Source: an uncultured Gemmatimonadaceae bacterium
GTDB lineage: Bacteria; Gemmatimonadota; Gemmatimonadetes; Gemmatimonadales; Gemmatimonadaceae
NCBI GenBank assembly: GCA_963790305.1
Contig: CAWBOC010000003.1
Coordinates: forward strand, 64,001-128,000
Length of the DNA stretch: 64,000 nucleotides
Direction of reading: 5' to 3'
The notes under the pieces were generated by a model. It did no database searches, was not told the origin of the DNA, and was given only the letters and a program-made list of their open reading frames with translations. Every line of letters starts with the position of its first letter. Position 1 is the stretch's first letter. The position numbers and the translations under genes are program-made. Below are positions 1 through 10,247 of the stretch, piece by piece.

Positions 1-996
1 TTCAAATCGTCGGATGAGGTCGGCCGCCTCGCCGACGCGTTCCGCACCATGACGACCGGTCTTCGCGTGTTGCTCCGCGATGTCGACGCCGGCGCCAGCG
101 AAGTCGCCGCCACCGCGGAAGAGCTCGCCTCGGGCGCGGAGGAAATGACGGCATCCACGCAGGAAGTCGCCAGCGCGGCGCAGAGCATCGCCGACTCCGC
201 GTCCATGCAGACGCGCAACATCCAGAACGTGGTCAACATCTCGGGCAGCGTCGCCGAGCGCGCCCTCAAGGTGTCGGAGCACGCACGCCGAGCGCAGGGA
301 GCCGCCGACAGCGTGGCGTCGAGTGCCCGGCGGGCGACTCAGGCAGCCGAGCAGGCGCTCAGCAGCATGGGCGAGATCGCCTCGGTGACTCGTGAGGCGG
401 TGCCGGCGGTTGCCGAGCTGGGTGAAAAATCCCAGCGCATCGGAAAGATCACCGACACGATCGCCGGCATCGCTCGGCAGACCAACCTGCTCGCGCTCAA
501 CGCGGCGATCGAAGCCGCTCGCGCCGGTGAGCACGGCAAGGGCTTCGCGGTCGTCGCCGACGAGGTGCGCAAGCTGGCGGGTGAGAGCGCTCGTGCCCTG
601 GACACCATTCGCAAGCTGGCAGTGGAGATGCGCAACGCCTCGATGCGGACCGCCGAGCGTATCACCGATGTGAGCACGAGTGTCGCGAGTGGAGAGACCG
701 TCATTCGCTCATCGACTGCAGCACTGACACAGATCGCTCGTGAGATCGAGGGAAGCCGCGGCGCCGTCGCGCTGATCGTCGAATCGGCCGTCTCCCAACA
801 GAACGAAGCCGAGTCGCTGGCGCGCGAAATCGAGGCGATCTCGTCCGTCGCCGAGCAGAACGCGTCGACGTCGGAAGAGGTCAGCGCGGTCGTCGAAGAG
901 CAGACGTCGTCCATGATGCACGTGACGGAATCGAGCCAGCACCTCGCGAGCATCGCGTCGAGGCTGAAGGGAGCAATGTCGCGGTTCGACCTGTAG
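1..996 (+). CDS. Methyl-accepting chemotaxis protein, 5'-truncated by the window edge
   Basis: Frame open from base 1 ([21 protein letters not shown]-like). Contains the MCP signalling hairpin [37 protein letters not shown]. Confidence 0.95.
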   Translation, partial: FKSSDEVGRLADAFRTMTTGLRVLLRDVDAGASEVAATAEELASGAEEMTASTQEVASAAQSIADSASMQTRNIQNVVNISGSVAERALKVSEHARRAQGAADSVASSARRATQAAEQALSSMGEIASVTREAVPAVAELGEKSQRIGKITDTIAGIARQTNLLALNAAIEAARAGEHGKGFAVVADEVRKLAGESARALDTIRKLAVEMRNASMRTAERITDVSTSVASGETVIRSSTAALTQIAREIEGSRGAVALIVESAVSQQNEAESLAREIEAISSVAEQNASTSEEVSAVVEEQTSSMMHVTESSQHLASIASRLKGAMSRFDL

Positions 997-999
997 AGA

Positions 1000-1055
1000 T
1001 CGAGAAGGCGGAATGCGGAATGCGGAATGAATGGGCATTCCGACCCAGTTCTCGA
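1000..1055. repeat. Intergenic GCGGAAT heptamer repeat with short inverted flanks
   Basis: (GCGGAAT)x3 followed by GCATTCCG, bounded by TCGAGAA...TTCTCGA, between convergent genes. Confidence 0.7.
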
Positions 1056-1067
1056 GCCCGCTTCGTT

Positions 1068-2191
1068 CTATCCCTTCCCGACCGCCAACTCCGCTATCGA
1101 GTGCCTCACCGGTGCGCGCAATGTCGCCGCGGCGCACGACTGCGACTAGCGCATCCACGACCTGCGGGTCGAACTGCGTGTTCGCGTGGCGGCGGAGCTC
1201 CTCGAGCGCTTCCTCGCGCGTCAGCTGCGCCTTTCGATACGGACGCCCGCTCATCATCGCGTCGAAGGCGTCGGCGACGCAGGCGATGCGCGCCTCGCGG
1301 GGAATGCCGTCGCCACTGAGACCGTCCGGCACGCCGCGGCCATCGATGCGCTCGTGATGGGAGCGGACCACGTTGAGCGCAACCGGCGAGTCGCTGAGCA
1401 GCGGCAGCAGAATACGCCACCCGAGCACCGGGTGCGTCATGATGTGCGCGTACTCCTCACCGGTGAGCTTCCCCGGCTTGTTCAGCACGTCTTCGCGCAC
1501 TCCGATCTTTCCAATGTCGTGCAGGTGGCCACCCAGCTCCAGCTGGCGCACCGTGTCCCCATCGATCCCGAGCTCCCGTGCCGACGAGTCCGGACACGTG
1601 GCTCACCCGCACCGAGTGGCCGCGCGTGTACGCGTCCTTCAGCTCCAGCGCATCGGCAAGCGACTGAATGCTGGCGATGAACAGCTCCTCCAGCCGGCGC
1701 GACTGCACGCGCACGCGCTCTTCGAGCGAGTGGTGATACTGCCGATTCTCGAGCACCAGCCGACGTCGCTCGAGCGCCTGCCTCACCCGCGCGCGAACTT
1801 CCTCGAGCACGAACGGCTTGCCAATGTAGTCCATTGCGCCCCGGCCAAGGCATTCGACCGCGACCTCGACCTCCGCGACGGCGGTGATCATGATGACGGC
1901 GATGTCCGGATACCGCTCGCGCACTTCGCGCAGCAGCATCGCGCCGTCCATCTTCGGCATCCGCAGGTCGGAGAGCATGAGGATCACCGGCTCCCGCGCC
2001 AGGATGTCGAGCGCCTCGACTCCCGATCCGCACTCGAAGCAGGTGAAGCCATCGAGCTGCATCAGCCGCACGAGCGCTTGCCGGAGACGCGGCTCGTCGT
2101 CGACCACGAGACACCGTCGCTCATGTCGCTCGTCGCCGTTGGATCCGGCCGTCGCGGACGAGAAACCGCCGTCATAGCGGTGATCGCGCAT
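1068..2191 (-). CDS. Response regulator with REC and HD-GYP cyclic-di-GMP phosphodiesterase domains (frameshifted)
   Basis: REC motifs LVVDDEP, SDLRMPKMDG and KPF, then DAYTRGHSVRV. One extra G near 1583 splits it from LHDIGKIG...HHERIDGRGVPDGL...DAFDAM. GGAGG RBS before ATG 2191. The 3' end is uncertain; a second shift near 1115 would give a stop at about 1068. Confidence 0.85.
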
Positions 2192-2256
2192 CACCGGTCC
2201 TCCCCGCGATAGTGCGGGTCGGTTATCTTGCGCGAACCTACCGTCGGACATGTGTG

Positions 2257-3426
2257 ATGACGAAAGTGTTCGAAGAAGATCTCGCGGCCGGAATCGGCAC
2301 GCGGGCGATTCACGCCGGGCAACGGCCCGAGCCGCTCGCGGGCGCCATCATGACTCCCGTGTACCTGACGTCCACGTACGTGCAGGATGGACTCGGGAAG
2401 CACAAGGGGTACGAGTACGCGCGAAGTCGCAACCCCACGCGGGAGGCGCTCGAGCGGAACGTCGCCGCGCTGGAAGGCGCGCGCCACGGCTTTGCGTTCG
2501 CGAGCGGCACGGCCTGTGTGGATTCGCTGATGAAGCTGTTCAAGGCGGGAGATCACGTCGTCTGCGGAGAAAACGTCTACGGCGGTACGTTCCGGCTCTT
2601 CGATCGGCTGCTCCAAAACTTCGGACTCGAGTTTACCTACGTCGACACGAGGGACCCGAATCGTATCGAGGAAGCCTGCCGAACGCGAACGGTGGCCGTC
2701 CTCGTCGAGACCCCGACGAACCCGCTCATGCGCCTCACCGATCTCAGCGCCGCCGCAGAGATCGCGCATCGAGCAGGCGCGCTGCTCATCGTCGACAACA
2801 CGTTCGCCACACCGGTCTTGCAGCGCCCCTTCACGCATGGCGCGGACATCGTCTTCCACTCGACGACCAAGTATCTCAACGGCCACAGCGACATGATCGG
2901 CGGCATCGCGCTGCTGAACGACGACGATCTCGCGGCCCGCATTCAGTTCATCCAGAACGCGGCAGGTGCAGTACCCGGTCCCTTCGACTGCTGGCTTGCC
3001 CTTCGAGGGACAAAGACGCTCCACCTTCGCGTAGCCGCCCACGACGCCAATGGACGCCAGGTCGCCACGTGGCTCGCCAACAAGATCGGGGTCGAGCGGG
3101 TGATCTACCCAGGCCTTGCGTCACATCCGCAGCACGAGCTGGCCCGCAGCCAGATGTGCGGATTTGGGGGGATGATCACCGTCGAAATGGGCACCAGGGA
3201 CGCTGCCGCCAGGGTCCTCGAGCGAACGCGAATCTTTTCGCTGGCAGAATCGTTGGGAGGAGTCGAGAGCCTCATCAGCCATCCTGCCACGATGACCCAT
3301 GCCTCAGTGCCGCCAGAGCGGCGCACCGCCCTTGGCATCACCGATGGCATGATCCGCCTGTCGTGCGGCGTCGAAGATGTGGGGGATCTGATTGCGGACC
3401 TCGATTACGCCTTCAAGGGCGAATGA
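2257..3426 (+). CDS. Cystathionine gamma-synthase/gamma-lyase family PLP enzyme
   Basis: YARSRNPTR, ETPTNP, DNTFATP, PLP-lysine motif HSTTKYLNGHSD, LAESLGGVESL. Confidence 0.93.
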   Translation: MTKVFEEDLAAGIGTRAIHAGQRPEPLAGAIMTPVYLTSTYVQDGLGKHKGYEYARSRNPTREALERNVAALEGARHGFAFASGTACVDSLMKLFKAGDHVVCGENVYGGTFRLFDRLLQNFGLEFTYVDTRDPNRIEEACRTRTVAVLVETPTNPLMRLTDLSAAAEIAHRAGALLIVDNTFATPVLQRPFTHGADIVFHSTTKYLNGHSDMIGGIALLNDDDLAARIQFIQNAAGAVPGPFDCWLALRGTKTLHLRVAAHDANGRQVATWLANKIGVERVIYPGLASHPQHELARSQMCGFGGMITVEMGTRDAAARVLERTRIFSLAESLGGVESLISHPATMTHASVPPERRTALGITDGMIRLSCGVEDVGDLIADLDYAFKGE

Positions 3427-3516
3427 GGGATTGAGCAGTGAGGTGTGAGGAATCGATCGAATGTGAAGGCATTCCAATCGAATTCCTCACTCCTCAGTCC
3501 TCCGTCCTCATTCGCC
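3418..3516. repeat. Inverted pair of degenerate TGAGGAG-type heptamer arrays
   Basis: GGCGAATGAGG at 3418 is mirrored by CCTCATTCGCC ending at 3516, with TGAGG/CCTCA periodicity in the arms. Overlaps the upstream TGA stop. Confidence 0.75.
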
Positions 3517-3541
3517 GCACCCTCCGCCTTCGAGGCTGAAA

Positions 3542-4549
3542 ATGGCCGACCGTAAGATCCTCACGCAAATCTCGCCGACCGCCTGGGAGCACCCCGCGGA
3601 CCGCGCAGCGCTCCAGACCCTCCGCGCCATTCCCGGCTTCGACGAGGTCGTCCGCAAGATCGCGTCGTTCTTCGGCGAGCGCGGCATCCGCCACCTGTTC
3701 GCGGGCAACGCCGTCCGAGTGGGCCCGCGCCAGCGCCCGAAGCTCTATGCGCTCTATGGCGAAGTCCTCGAAACCATGGACTGGCCCGCGGGGAACGAGC
3801 TCTACGTGACGCAGACACCGGCGGTGAACGCGATGGCGGTGGGCTTCGAGAGACCCTTCATCGTGATCAACTCGGGCCTCCTCGGTCTTCTCGACCGCGA
3901 GGAGCAACGCACCATCCTCGGCCACGAGCTGGGCCACATCATGAGCGGCCACACGACGTATACGACGATGGCGCTCATCCTCCTGACCATCGGCCTGAGG
4001 AATCTTCCCTTCCTCGCCGGGATGGCGCTCCTCCCAATCGAGCTCGCCCTCTTCGAGTGGTATCGCAAGAGCGAGCTGTCCAGCGACCGTGCCGGTCTTC
4101 TCTCCGGACAGGATCCTACGGCGGCAATGATGGCCGAGCTCAAGATGGCCGGCGGGAAGCCGCGTGGCGTCGCCGCGGAGGGACTCGGGCTCGACGACGA
4201 CGAGATCAACCTCGATGAGTTCCTCGTGCAGGCCGAGGAGTACGAGACCGGCGGCACCGCGATCGACAGCGTCTTCAAGTTTCTGAACGTCGCATTCCAG
4301 ACGCATCCCTTCCACACCGTCCGGGCAGCCGAGCTGCATCGCTGGGTGCGGTCGGGCGAGTATTACCGGATTCTCGAAGGTGACTACCCGCGCCGAGGCT
4401 CGGAGCCCGAGCGTCCGCTTCGCCAGGACTACGCGGAGGCCGGCTCGTATTACGAGCAGCAGGCGCGTCAGGCGATGGACCAGGTTGGCGATGTGCTCGT
4501 TCGCGCCAAGGATGCGTTCACCCAGGCGGTTCGCGGCCGGCCGAAATGA
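3542..4549 (+). CDS. M48 family zinc metallopeptidase
   Basis: VNAMAVG, HELGH zinc motif, ELSSDRAG, THPF. Confidence 0.9.
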   Translation: MADRKILTQISPTAWEHPADRAALQTLRAIPGFDEVVRKIASFFGERGIRHLFAGNAVRVGPRQRPKLYALYGEVLETMDWPAGNELYVTQTPAVNAMAVGFERPFIVINSGLLGLLDREEQRTILGHELGHIMSGHTTYTTMALILLTIGLRNLPFLAGMALLPIELALFEWYRKSELSSDRAGLLSGQDPTAAMMAELKMAGGKPRGVAAEGLGLDDDEINLDEFLVQAEEYETGGTAIDSVFKFLNVAFQTHPFHTVRAAELHRWVRSGEYYRILEGDYPRRGSEPERPLRQDYAEAGSYYEQQARQAMDQVGDVLVRAKDAFTQAVRGRPK

Positions 4550-5832
4550 AGGTCCTCCTCGTCGGGAGCGGGGGACGCGAGCACGCACTCGCCTGGAAGT
4601 TCTCCCGTGACGATGAGTCGATTGACCTGATCGCTGCTCCCGGCAACCCGGGAATCGCCGCGCTAGGGCGGTGTGTGAAGGCCGATCCGGCCGACGCCGC
4701 CGCCCTTTTGCAACTCGCCCTCGCCGAAAAGCCCGACCTCACCGTCGTTGGGCCCGAGGCCGCCCTGGCCGCCGGCATCGTCGACCGATTTCGCCAGGCG
4801 TCGCTGCCGATCTTTGGTCCTACGCGCGCCGCTGCTGAGATCGAGACATCGAAGGCGTTCGCCAAGGACCTGATGAAGGCCGCCGGAGTTCCGACCGCTC
4901 GCGCTGTTCGTCACACCGACGCGGCCGCGGCCCATCGGTCGGTTCGCGAATTTGGGGCTCCGGTGGTCGTCAAAGCGTCGGGTTTGGCTGCCGGCAAAGG
5001 CGTCGTCGTCTGCGGGAGCATTGAGGAAGCCGACGAGGCGATCGATTCCATGCTCCTGCGGAGCATTCACGGTACCGCAGGCTCGGAAATACTCGTCGAA
5101 GAGTTCATGCAAGGTGAAGAAATATCCCTGCTTGCGTTGACCGACGGCACCGCCGTGCTCCCGATGCTCGCGGCCCAGGATCACAAGAGGCTCCTCGAGG
5201 GTGACGGCGGACCCAACACCGGTGGGATGGGCGCCTACGCCCCCGTCTCCCTCGCCGACAAGGCTCTCGTCGAACGGATTGTGGCCGAGGTCTTCGCCCC
5301 GACCCTGGACGCGCTGAGAGAGCGGAGAAGCCCATTCACGGGCCTTCTGTACGCCGGTCTCATGATTACCGACGAAGGGCCCAAAGTGGTCGAGTTCAAC
5401 TGTCGCTTCGGGGATCCCGAGACTCAGGCGCTCCTCCCGCTTCTTCGATCGAGCCTCCTCGAGCCCCTGTCAGCGATCGCTCGCGGCGACGGACTGCCGG
5501 ACGACCTGGAGCTCCAATGGCGCAATGCCTTCGCGGTCACGACGGTGGTCGCGGCCGCCGGCTATCCTGAGACACCGCGAAAGGGGGACCTCATCGACCT
5601 CGGGACGATGCCGCCTGACGCGCTTCTCTTCCATGCCGGAACGAGCCTCACGCCATCGGGACAGCTCGCGACCGCGGGCGGCCGGGTCGCCGCGGTCACC
5701 GCCGTCGCGGACAGTTTCGCCGAGGCGTGTCGCCGCAGCGCGGAGGGCGCGGAACAGGTGCGGTTTGCCGGTCGCCACTTCCGATCGGACATCGGGTGGA
5801 GAGAGCTTCACCGTCATGCCCGAGCTTCCTGA
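4546..5832 (+). CDS. purD: Phosphoribosylamine--glycine ligase
   Basis: MKVLLVGSGGREHALAW, KASGLAAGKGV, QDHKR, GPNTGGMGAY, EFNCRFGDPETQ. Confidence 0.98.
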   Translation: MKVLLVGSGGREHALAWKFSRDDESIDLIAAPGNPGIAALGRCVKADPADAAALLQLALAEKPDLTVVGPEAALAAGIVDRFRQASLPIFGPTRAAAEIETSKAFAKDLMKAAGVPTARAVRHTDAAAAHRSVREFGAPVVVKASGLAAGKGVVVCGSIEEADEAIDSMLLRSIHGTAGSEILVEEFMQGEEISLLALTDGTAVLPMLAAQDHKRLLEGDGGPNTGGMGAYAPVSLADKALVERIVAEVFAPTLDALRERRSPFTGLLYAGLMITDEGPKVVEFNCRFGDPETQALLPLLRSSLLEPLSAIARGDGLPDDLELQWRNAFAVTTVVAAAGYPETPRKGDLIDLGTMPPDALLFHAGTSLTPSGQLATAGGRVAAVTAVADSFAEACRRSAEGAEQVRFAGRHFRSDIGWRELHRHARAS

Positions 5833-6643
5833 GACGGAAACGATGGCTCGTGATCTCCACCGGGAGATCGCCGGGCGCACGATCGAACGGGTCGCGGTGC
5901 ACCGTCCCGATGTGCTGCGCGAGGTCAATGCGAAGGAGCTCGCCCGCAGGACACGGAGCGTAACGATTGTCCGTGCGTGGAGGCGCGCCAAGCTCGTCGT
6001 GCTCGACCTCTCGACTGATGACCGCATCGTCGTGCAGCCCCGCTTCACCGGGGCCCTGCTGCTCGACCGCGGCGCGCTCGACGAGAACGAGCGCCGATTC
6101 TCCACCGTGGAATTCGCGCTCGGCGACAGCCTCATTCTGCACTATCGCGACATTCGCCGGCTGGGCACCGTGACGCTGATGTCGCACGAGCGATGGGCCG
6201 GCTACGAATCGGGCCTGGGGAAGGAGCCGCTTGACCCGTCCTTCAGCGACTCGTATCTATCGGCCCTTGTTCGGGGATCCTCCCAGGCCGTCAAAAAACT
6301 TCTGATGGATCAGCGGCGAATCGCCGGGATCGGCAACATCTACGCGAACGAGGCGCTGTGGCGTGCGCGGATCGATCCGTCACGCGCCGCGCGCTCGCTG
6401 CAGCCTGACGAAACCCGAGCGTTGCACCGCGCGCTTCAGCACCTGCTGGCCGAAGCCGTGGAGGCCCGCGGGACCAGCTTCCGTGACTACCGCGATCCGA
6501 CCGGCCAGCGCGGAGGGTTCTCGGCTCATCTCGCCGCCTACGGGCGTGGGGGTGAGCCCTGCGCACGGTGCGGCGCGCGACTGGTGGAGACGCACGCGAT
6601 CGACGGGCGATCGACAGTCCTGTGCGCCTGGTGTCAACGGTGA
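5816..6643 (+). CDS. mutM: Formamidopyrimidine-DNA glycosylase (Fpg)
   Basis: N-terminal MPELPE, H2TH LLMDQRRIAGIGNIYANEAL, C-terminal zinc finger CARC...CAWCQ. Confidence 0.96.
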   Translation: MPELPETETMARDLHREIAGRTIERVAVHRPDVLREVNAKELARRTRSVTIVRAWRRAKLVVLDLSTDDRIVVQPRFTGALLLDRGALDENERRFSTVEFALGDSLILHYRDIRRLGTVTLMSHERWAGYESGLGKEPLDPSFSDSYLSALVRGSSQAVKKLLMDQRRIAGIGNIYANEALWRARIDPSRAARSLQPDETRALHRALQHLLAEAVEARGTSFRDYRDPTGQRGGFSAHLAAYGRGGEPCARCGARLVETHAIDGRSTVLCAWCQR

Positions 6644-7773
6644 CACGACGTCGCGTGGCCGCCGGCGCGGAGGCGCATGTCGCGAAAATGCGCGGCGATG
6701 TGCGCGCGGCCGCCGAAGATCGTCCGGGCGTGTATCGCATGCTCTCGAGCGATGGCGAGGTGCTCTACATCGGAAAGTCGAAGCGCGTTCGCACGCGGCT
6801 GATGAGCTATTTCCGCTGCGCCTATCCGGAGGAGAAAGGCGCGCGCATTCTGCGCGAGGCGCACGCGATCGATTGGGAGTACACGCCGAGCGAGTTCGCC
6901 GCCCTGCTCCGCGAGCTGCAGCTCATCAAACAGATGCGTCCGCGATTCAACGTCGCGATGAAGCGCGACGACCGACACTACGTATTCATCAAGCTCACGA
7001 GAGGGGCGGCGCCGAAGCTGCTCGTGGTGCGCGGCGCCGGCGGTGAGCCGGCGACGTACTATGGGCCATTCCTGGGCGCACGCCGCGTGAACGACGCGCT
7101 GCACGAGCTGAGTGATGCGCTCTCGCTGCGCGACTGCGCGCAAGACCAGCACATCGTCTTCGCCGATCAGCACGAGCTGTTTCAGCTCACGCCACGCACA
7201 CCGGGCTGCATTCGTCTCGAGGTAAAGAAGTGCCTCGGCCCCTGCGTGGCCGCATGCACAGCGGCGCAGTATCAGGCACAGGTCGATCTGGCGCGCGCGT
7301 TTCTCGACGGCACCAACGATGGGCCCATCGCGCAACTCAGGTCCGAGATGGATGCGTGCGCCGAGCGGTTGAACTTCGAGCGCGCGGCCGTGCTGCGCGA
7401 CAAGCTCCAGCGACTCGAAACGCTGCGCGAGATGTTCGCTCGGATGCGCTTCGCGGTCGAGACGCTCTCCTTCACGTATGCGGTTCCAGGGCACGCAGGA
7501 GACGATCGCGTGTACATCATCAGACGTGGAACCGTTCGCGGCGAGGCGCCTGCGCCTCGAACCGCACGGGATCGTGCGCGGCTGCTGACGATGGTGGGTG
7601 AGGTGTTCGATCCTCCGGAGCGCTCGAGCGGCGCGGTGCCGACGCACGAGATCGATGAGCTGCTACTCTTGTCATCGTGGTTCCGCCGCAATCCGGGGGA
7701 GCTCGAGCGCACGAAGGCGCCAGCCGCGTTGCTTTGCGATCGCCGCGTCGCGCGCAGCGCGCGCAGCGCGTGA
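6640..7773 (+). CDS. UvrC/Cho-like GIY-YIG excinuclease with UVR domain
   Basis: PGVYRM...LYIGKSKRVRTRL, ALLRELQLIK, PRFN, four-Cys region LRDC...GCI...KCLGPC, UVR motif LNFERAAVLRDKL. GTGA overlap with the mutM stop. Confidence 0.85.
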   Translation: MTRRRVAAGAEAHVAKMRGDVRAAAEDRPGVYRMLSSDGEVLYIGKSKRVRTRLMSYFRCAYPEEKGARILREAHAIDWEYTPSEFAALLRELQLIKQMRPRFNVAMKRDDRHYVFIKLTRGAAPKLLVVRGAGGEPATYYGPFLGARRVNDALHELSDALSLRDCAQDQHIVFADQHELFQLTPRTPGCIRLEVKKCLGPCVAACTAAQYQAQVDLARAFLDGTNDGPIAQLRSEMDACAERLNFERAAVLRDKLQRLETLREMFARMRFAVETLSFTYAVPGHAGDDRVYIIRRGTVRGEAPAPRTARDRARLLTMVGEVFDPPERSSGAVPTHEIDELLLLSSWFRRNPGELERTKAPAALLCDRRVARSARSA

Positions 7774-7919
7774 CCCAACGCGCCGTTGCCTCCAAGCGTC
7801 CGCGCTCGTCACGCCTAAGGACTCGCGCCGCACGCGCGGACTGGCCAGCCACTTGCACCTGTGCATCACTGCGTCCAACGGACGCAGAGCGAAGGATGTA
7901 CCAGCGGAGTGGAGGGGGG

Positions 7920-8138
7920 ATGGCGACCACCTGGCAACCGACCATGCTCGTTCAGTGCGTGAGCCTCAAGCCGTGGCTCTCCTATCCAGGCTGTGAAGAG
8001 CCTGGAGGGTGTCACGACCTGACGCTTGGCCGCATCTACGAGCTGCTCGGGATCGAAGCCGATGGCGCGTTCTACCGAATTTTCGATGATTCCGGAGGCG
8101 ATTATTTGTATCCGGCGTCACACTTTCGCGTCGTGTAG
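7920..8138 (+). CDS. Small hypothetical protein
   Basis: GGAGG-rich stretch upstream. Motif LTLGRIY...YRIFDDSGGDYLYPASHF resembles a recurrent small-protein family. Alternative start at 7944. Confidence 0.65.
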   Translation: MATTWQPTMLVQCVSLKPWLSYPGCEEPGGCHDLTLGRIYELLGIEADGAFYRIFDDSGGDYLYPASHFRVV

Positions 8139-8165
8139 CCGAGGAACGACGAAAGGGAGACGGCA

Positions 8166-8246
8166 CGAGGTGCTCAATGTGCTCGAGGTGCTCAAGGGAA
8201 AGCGATTCCCTTCGAGCACCTCGAGCACTTTGAGCACCTCGAGCAC
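8166..8246. repeat. Inverted pair of CGAGGTGCT nonamer arrays
   Basis: CGAGGTGCT-CAATGTGCT-CGAGGTGCT-CAAGGGAA, loop, then TTCCCTTCG-AGCACCTCG-AGCACTTTG-AGCACCTCG, between convergent genes. Confidence 0.85.
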
Positions 8247-8255
8247 GCTTGCACT

Positions 8256-8732
8256 TCACATCAACAGGGTCACCAGCTCGACCTCGGCGCGTCCGTCCTC
8301 GATGACGAGTCTCCCCACGCTCGGCATCAGACTGAACCGCCGAGGTCCCGCCGCACCGGGATTGATCACCAGTCGGCCACCGGCTCGCGTGATCAGCTGA
8401 CGATGGGTGTGCCCATAGACAATGACGTCGTGTGGATAGGCGGCAAGCAGGCGCTCAGGCGTGGGCCGGCCGACCTCGTGTCCGTGGCTCACGTGGACGC
8501 GTACCCCGTCGATCTCGCGCTCCAGGGATTGTGACAGGCCGGGCGTCCCCGGGTCGTCGGTGTTGCCCGCTACCGCTTGCACTGGGGCGATCGTCGCGAG
8601 CTCGACCAGCACTTCGGCGCCGCCGACGTCTCCCGCATGGAGAATGAGCTCGACACCTTCGAGCGCGCTGAAGATGTCCGGCCGAACGAGGCCGTGCGTA
8701 TCCGACACGAGCCCAATGACGCGCCTGCCCAC
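8256..8732 (-). CDS. Metallophosphoesterase (YfcE/MJ0936-like)
   Basis: SDTHG, HAGDV, AGNTD, SHGH, YGHTH, INPGA. GTG start chosen just after the ubiX stop. Confidence 0.9.
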   Translation of the reverse strand: MGRRVIGLVSDTHGLVRPDIFSALEGVELILHAGDVGGAEVLVELATIAPVQAVAGNTDDPGTPGLSQSLEREIDGVRVHVSHGHEVGRPTPERLLAAYPHDVIVYGHTHRQLITRAGGRLVINPGAAGPRRFSLMPSVGRLVIEDGRAEVELVTLLM

Positions 8733-8733
8733 G

Positions 8734-9348
8734 CTACGCCCCTGAGGGTCGTGCTCCGGCACTCCACCTGCGCGCCAGGTCGTGCTCCACGTCGAGTTGA
8801 TCGAGCACACGTGCGACGACGAATGACACCAGGTCGTCGACGGACGTCGGTCGATGGTAAAAGCCCGGAGCGGCCGGGAGTACAATGGCGCCGGCACGCG
8901 TGAGTCGGAGCATGTTCTGCAGATGCACGGCGCTCAACGGAGTTTCCCGCGGTACGAGAACGAGCTTCCGGCGCTCCTTGAGCGCGACGTCCGCCGCACG
9001 CTCAACCAGCGATCGCGATGAGCCGGCAGCGATCGCGGAGAGCGTACCCATCGAGCAGGGGCATACGACCATCCCGCTGCTCCGAGCCGACCCCGATGCT
9101 GGACTCGCTCCGCGATCCCCGTCGTCGAAGACTGTGACGAGCTGGTCCCAACCCTTGGCGCCCACGCGGTCTCGAAGCGTGTCGATGTCAGGCACATCGG
9201 CTTCCGTGCTCAGCAGTCGCCAGCCGTGGTCGGAGACGATCATCCAGATGCTCCGCTTCGCCTGAATGAGGCCCTCGAGCAGCTTCAGGGCGTACGGCGC
9301 TCCCGAGGCGCCGGTGATCGCCACGACGAGCGGTGCCGCCCTGGTCAC
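8734..9348 (-). CDS. ubiX: Flavin prenyltransferase UbiX
   Basis: AITGASGAPY, ASGS, PCSMGTL, RAADVALKERRKLVLVPRETP, PGFYHRP. Confidence 0.96.
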   Translation of the reverse strand: MTRAAPLVVAITGASGAPYALKLLEGLIQAKRSIWMIVSDHGWRLLSTEADVPDIDTLRDRVGAKGWDQLVTVFDDGDRGASPASGSARSSGMVVCPCSMGTLSAIAAGSSRSLVERAADVALKERRKLVLVPRETPLSAVHLQNMLRLTRAGAIVLPAAPGFYHRPTSVDDLVSFVVARVLDQLDVEHDLARRWSAGARPSGA

Positions 9349-10247
9349 CGGACGAGCCGCTCCGCCAGGACGAAGCCGAAGAAAGCGATGCTGATGATCC
9401 CGTTCATCGTGAAGAACGCCGCGTCGAGCTTCGAGAGGTCATCCGCCCTGACGAGCGAATGCTCGTAGAGGAGCAGCGCCGCCACTACCGCGACACCGAG
9501 CCAATACAGCCAGCCGGCATTGACGGCCGTGCCTACGGCGCCCAGCGCGATCACCGTGAGGGAATGGAAGACGCGTGCTACGATGAGCGCGCGTGCTTCC
9601 CCAACGGCTGCTGGAATCGAGTGCAGGCCCGTCTGGCGGTCGAAGGCAACGTCCTGGAGCGCGTATAGCACGTCGAAGCCGGCGACCCATGTCATCACGC
9701 TGGCGGCAAGCACAGGGAGCATCCACCACGGGTCGCTCCATGCTCCGGTCACCGCGAGGTAGCCGCCGACTGGGGCGATGCCAAGCCCGATGCCGAGGAC
9801 GACGTGGGCCCAGCGCGTAAAGCGTTTGGTGTAGCTGTACCCGAGCACCCAGACGAGCGCGAAGGGCGCCAACAAAAGGCAGAGGGGATTGAGCCGCCAC
9901 GCCGCGACCAAAAAGAGCGACGACGCAACAACGACGGCGATGCGTGCTTCATGAACTCCGATGATGCCGGCGGGAATCTCTCGCTTCGAGGTTCGCGGGT
10001 TCAGCGCGTCGATGCGACGGTCGACGATGCGGTTGAACGCCATCGCCGCGAACCGCGCGCTGGTGAACGCGATCGCGACCCAGAGGATCATGACCGCGGT
10101 GACATCTTTGACATAACTGGCGAGGACCACCCCCACCATCGCGAAGGGCAACGCGAAGAGGGTGTGCGGCAGCTTGACCAGGTTTGCGTAGCGAATCAAA
10201 GCCACGCGGCCCTCGAAGGTCTGACCCTCGCGCCCCACGGCGCTCAC
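9345..10247 (-). CDS. ubiA: UbiA-family prenyltransferase (MqnP-type, menaquinone)
   Basis: [55 protein letters not shown]. Confidence 0.93.
   Translation of the reverse strand: MSAVGREGQTFEGRVALIRYANLVKLPHTLFALPFAMVGVVLASYVKDVTAVMILWVAIAFTSARFAAMAFNRIVDRRIDALNPRTSKREIPAGIIGVHEARIAVVVASSLFLVAAWRLNPLCLLLAPFALVWVLGYSYTKRFTRWAHVVLGIGLGIAPVGGYLAVTGAWSDPWWMLPVLAASVMTWVAGFDVLYALQDVAFDRQTGLHSIPAAVGEARALIVARVFHSLTVIALGAVGTAVNAGWLYWLGVAVVAALLLYEHSLVRADDLSKLDAAFFTMNGIISIAFFGFVLAERLVR

Noticed and set aside
709..1067. HD-GYP ORF extending 290 nt antisense into the MCP gene
   Set aside because: The extension translates the intergenic repeat (HSAFRIP) and the MCP antisense strand. A further +1 error with a stop near 1068 is more plausible.
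7745..7840. GCGCGCAGC duplication at the end of the UvrC-like gene as another inverted element
   Set aside because: There are only two units and no convincing mirrored arm; this could arise by chance in GC-rich DNA.
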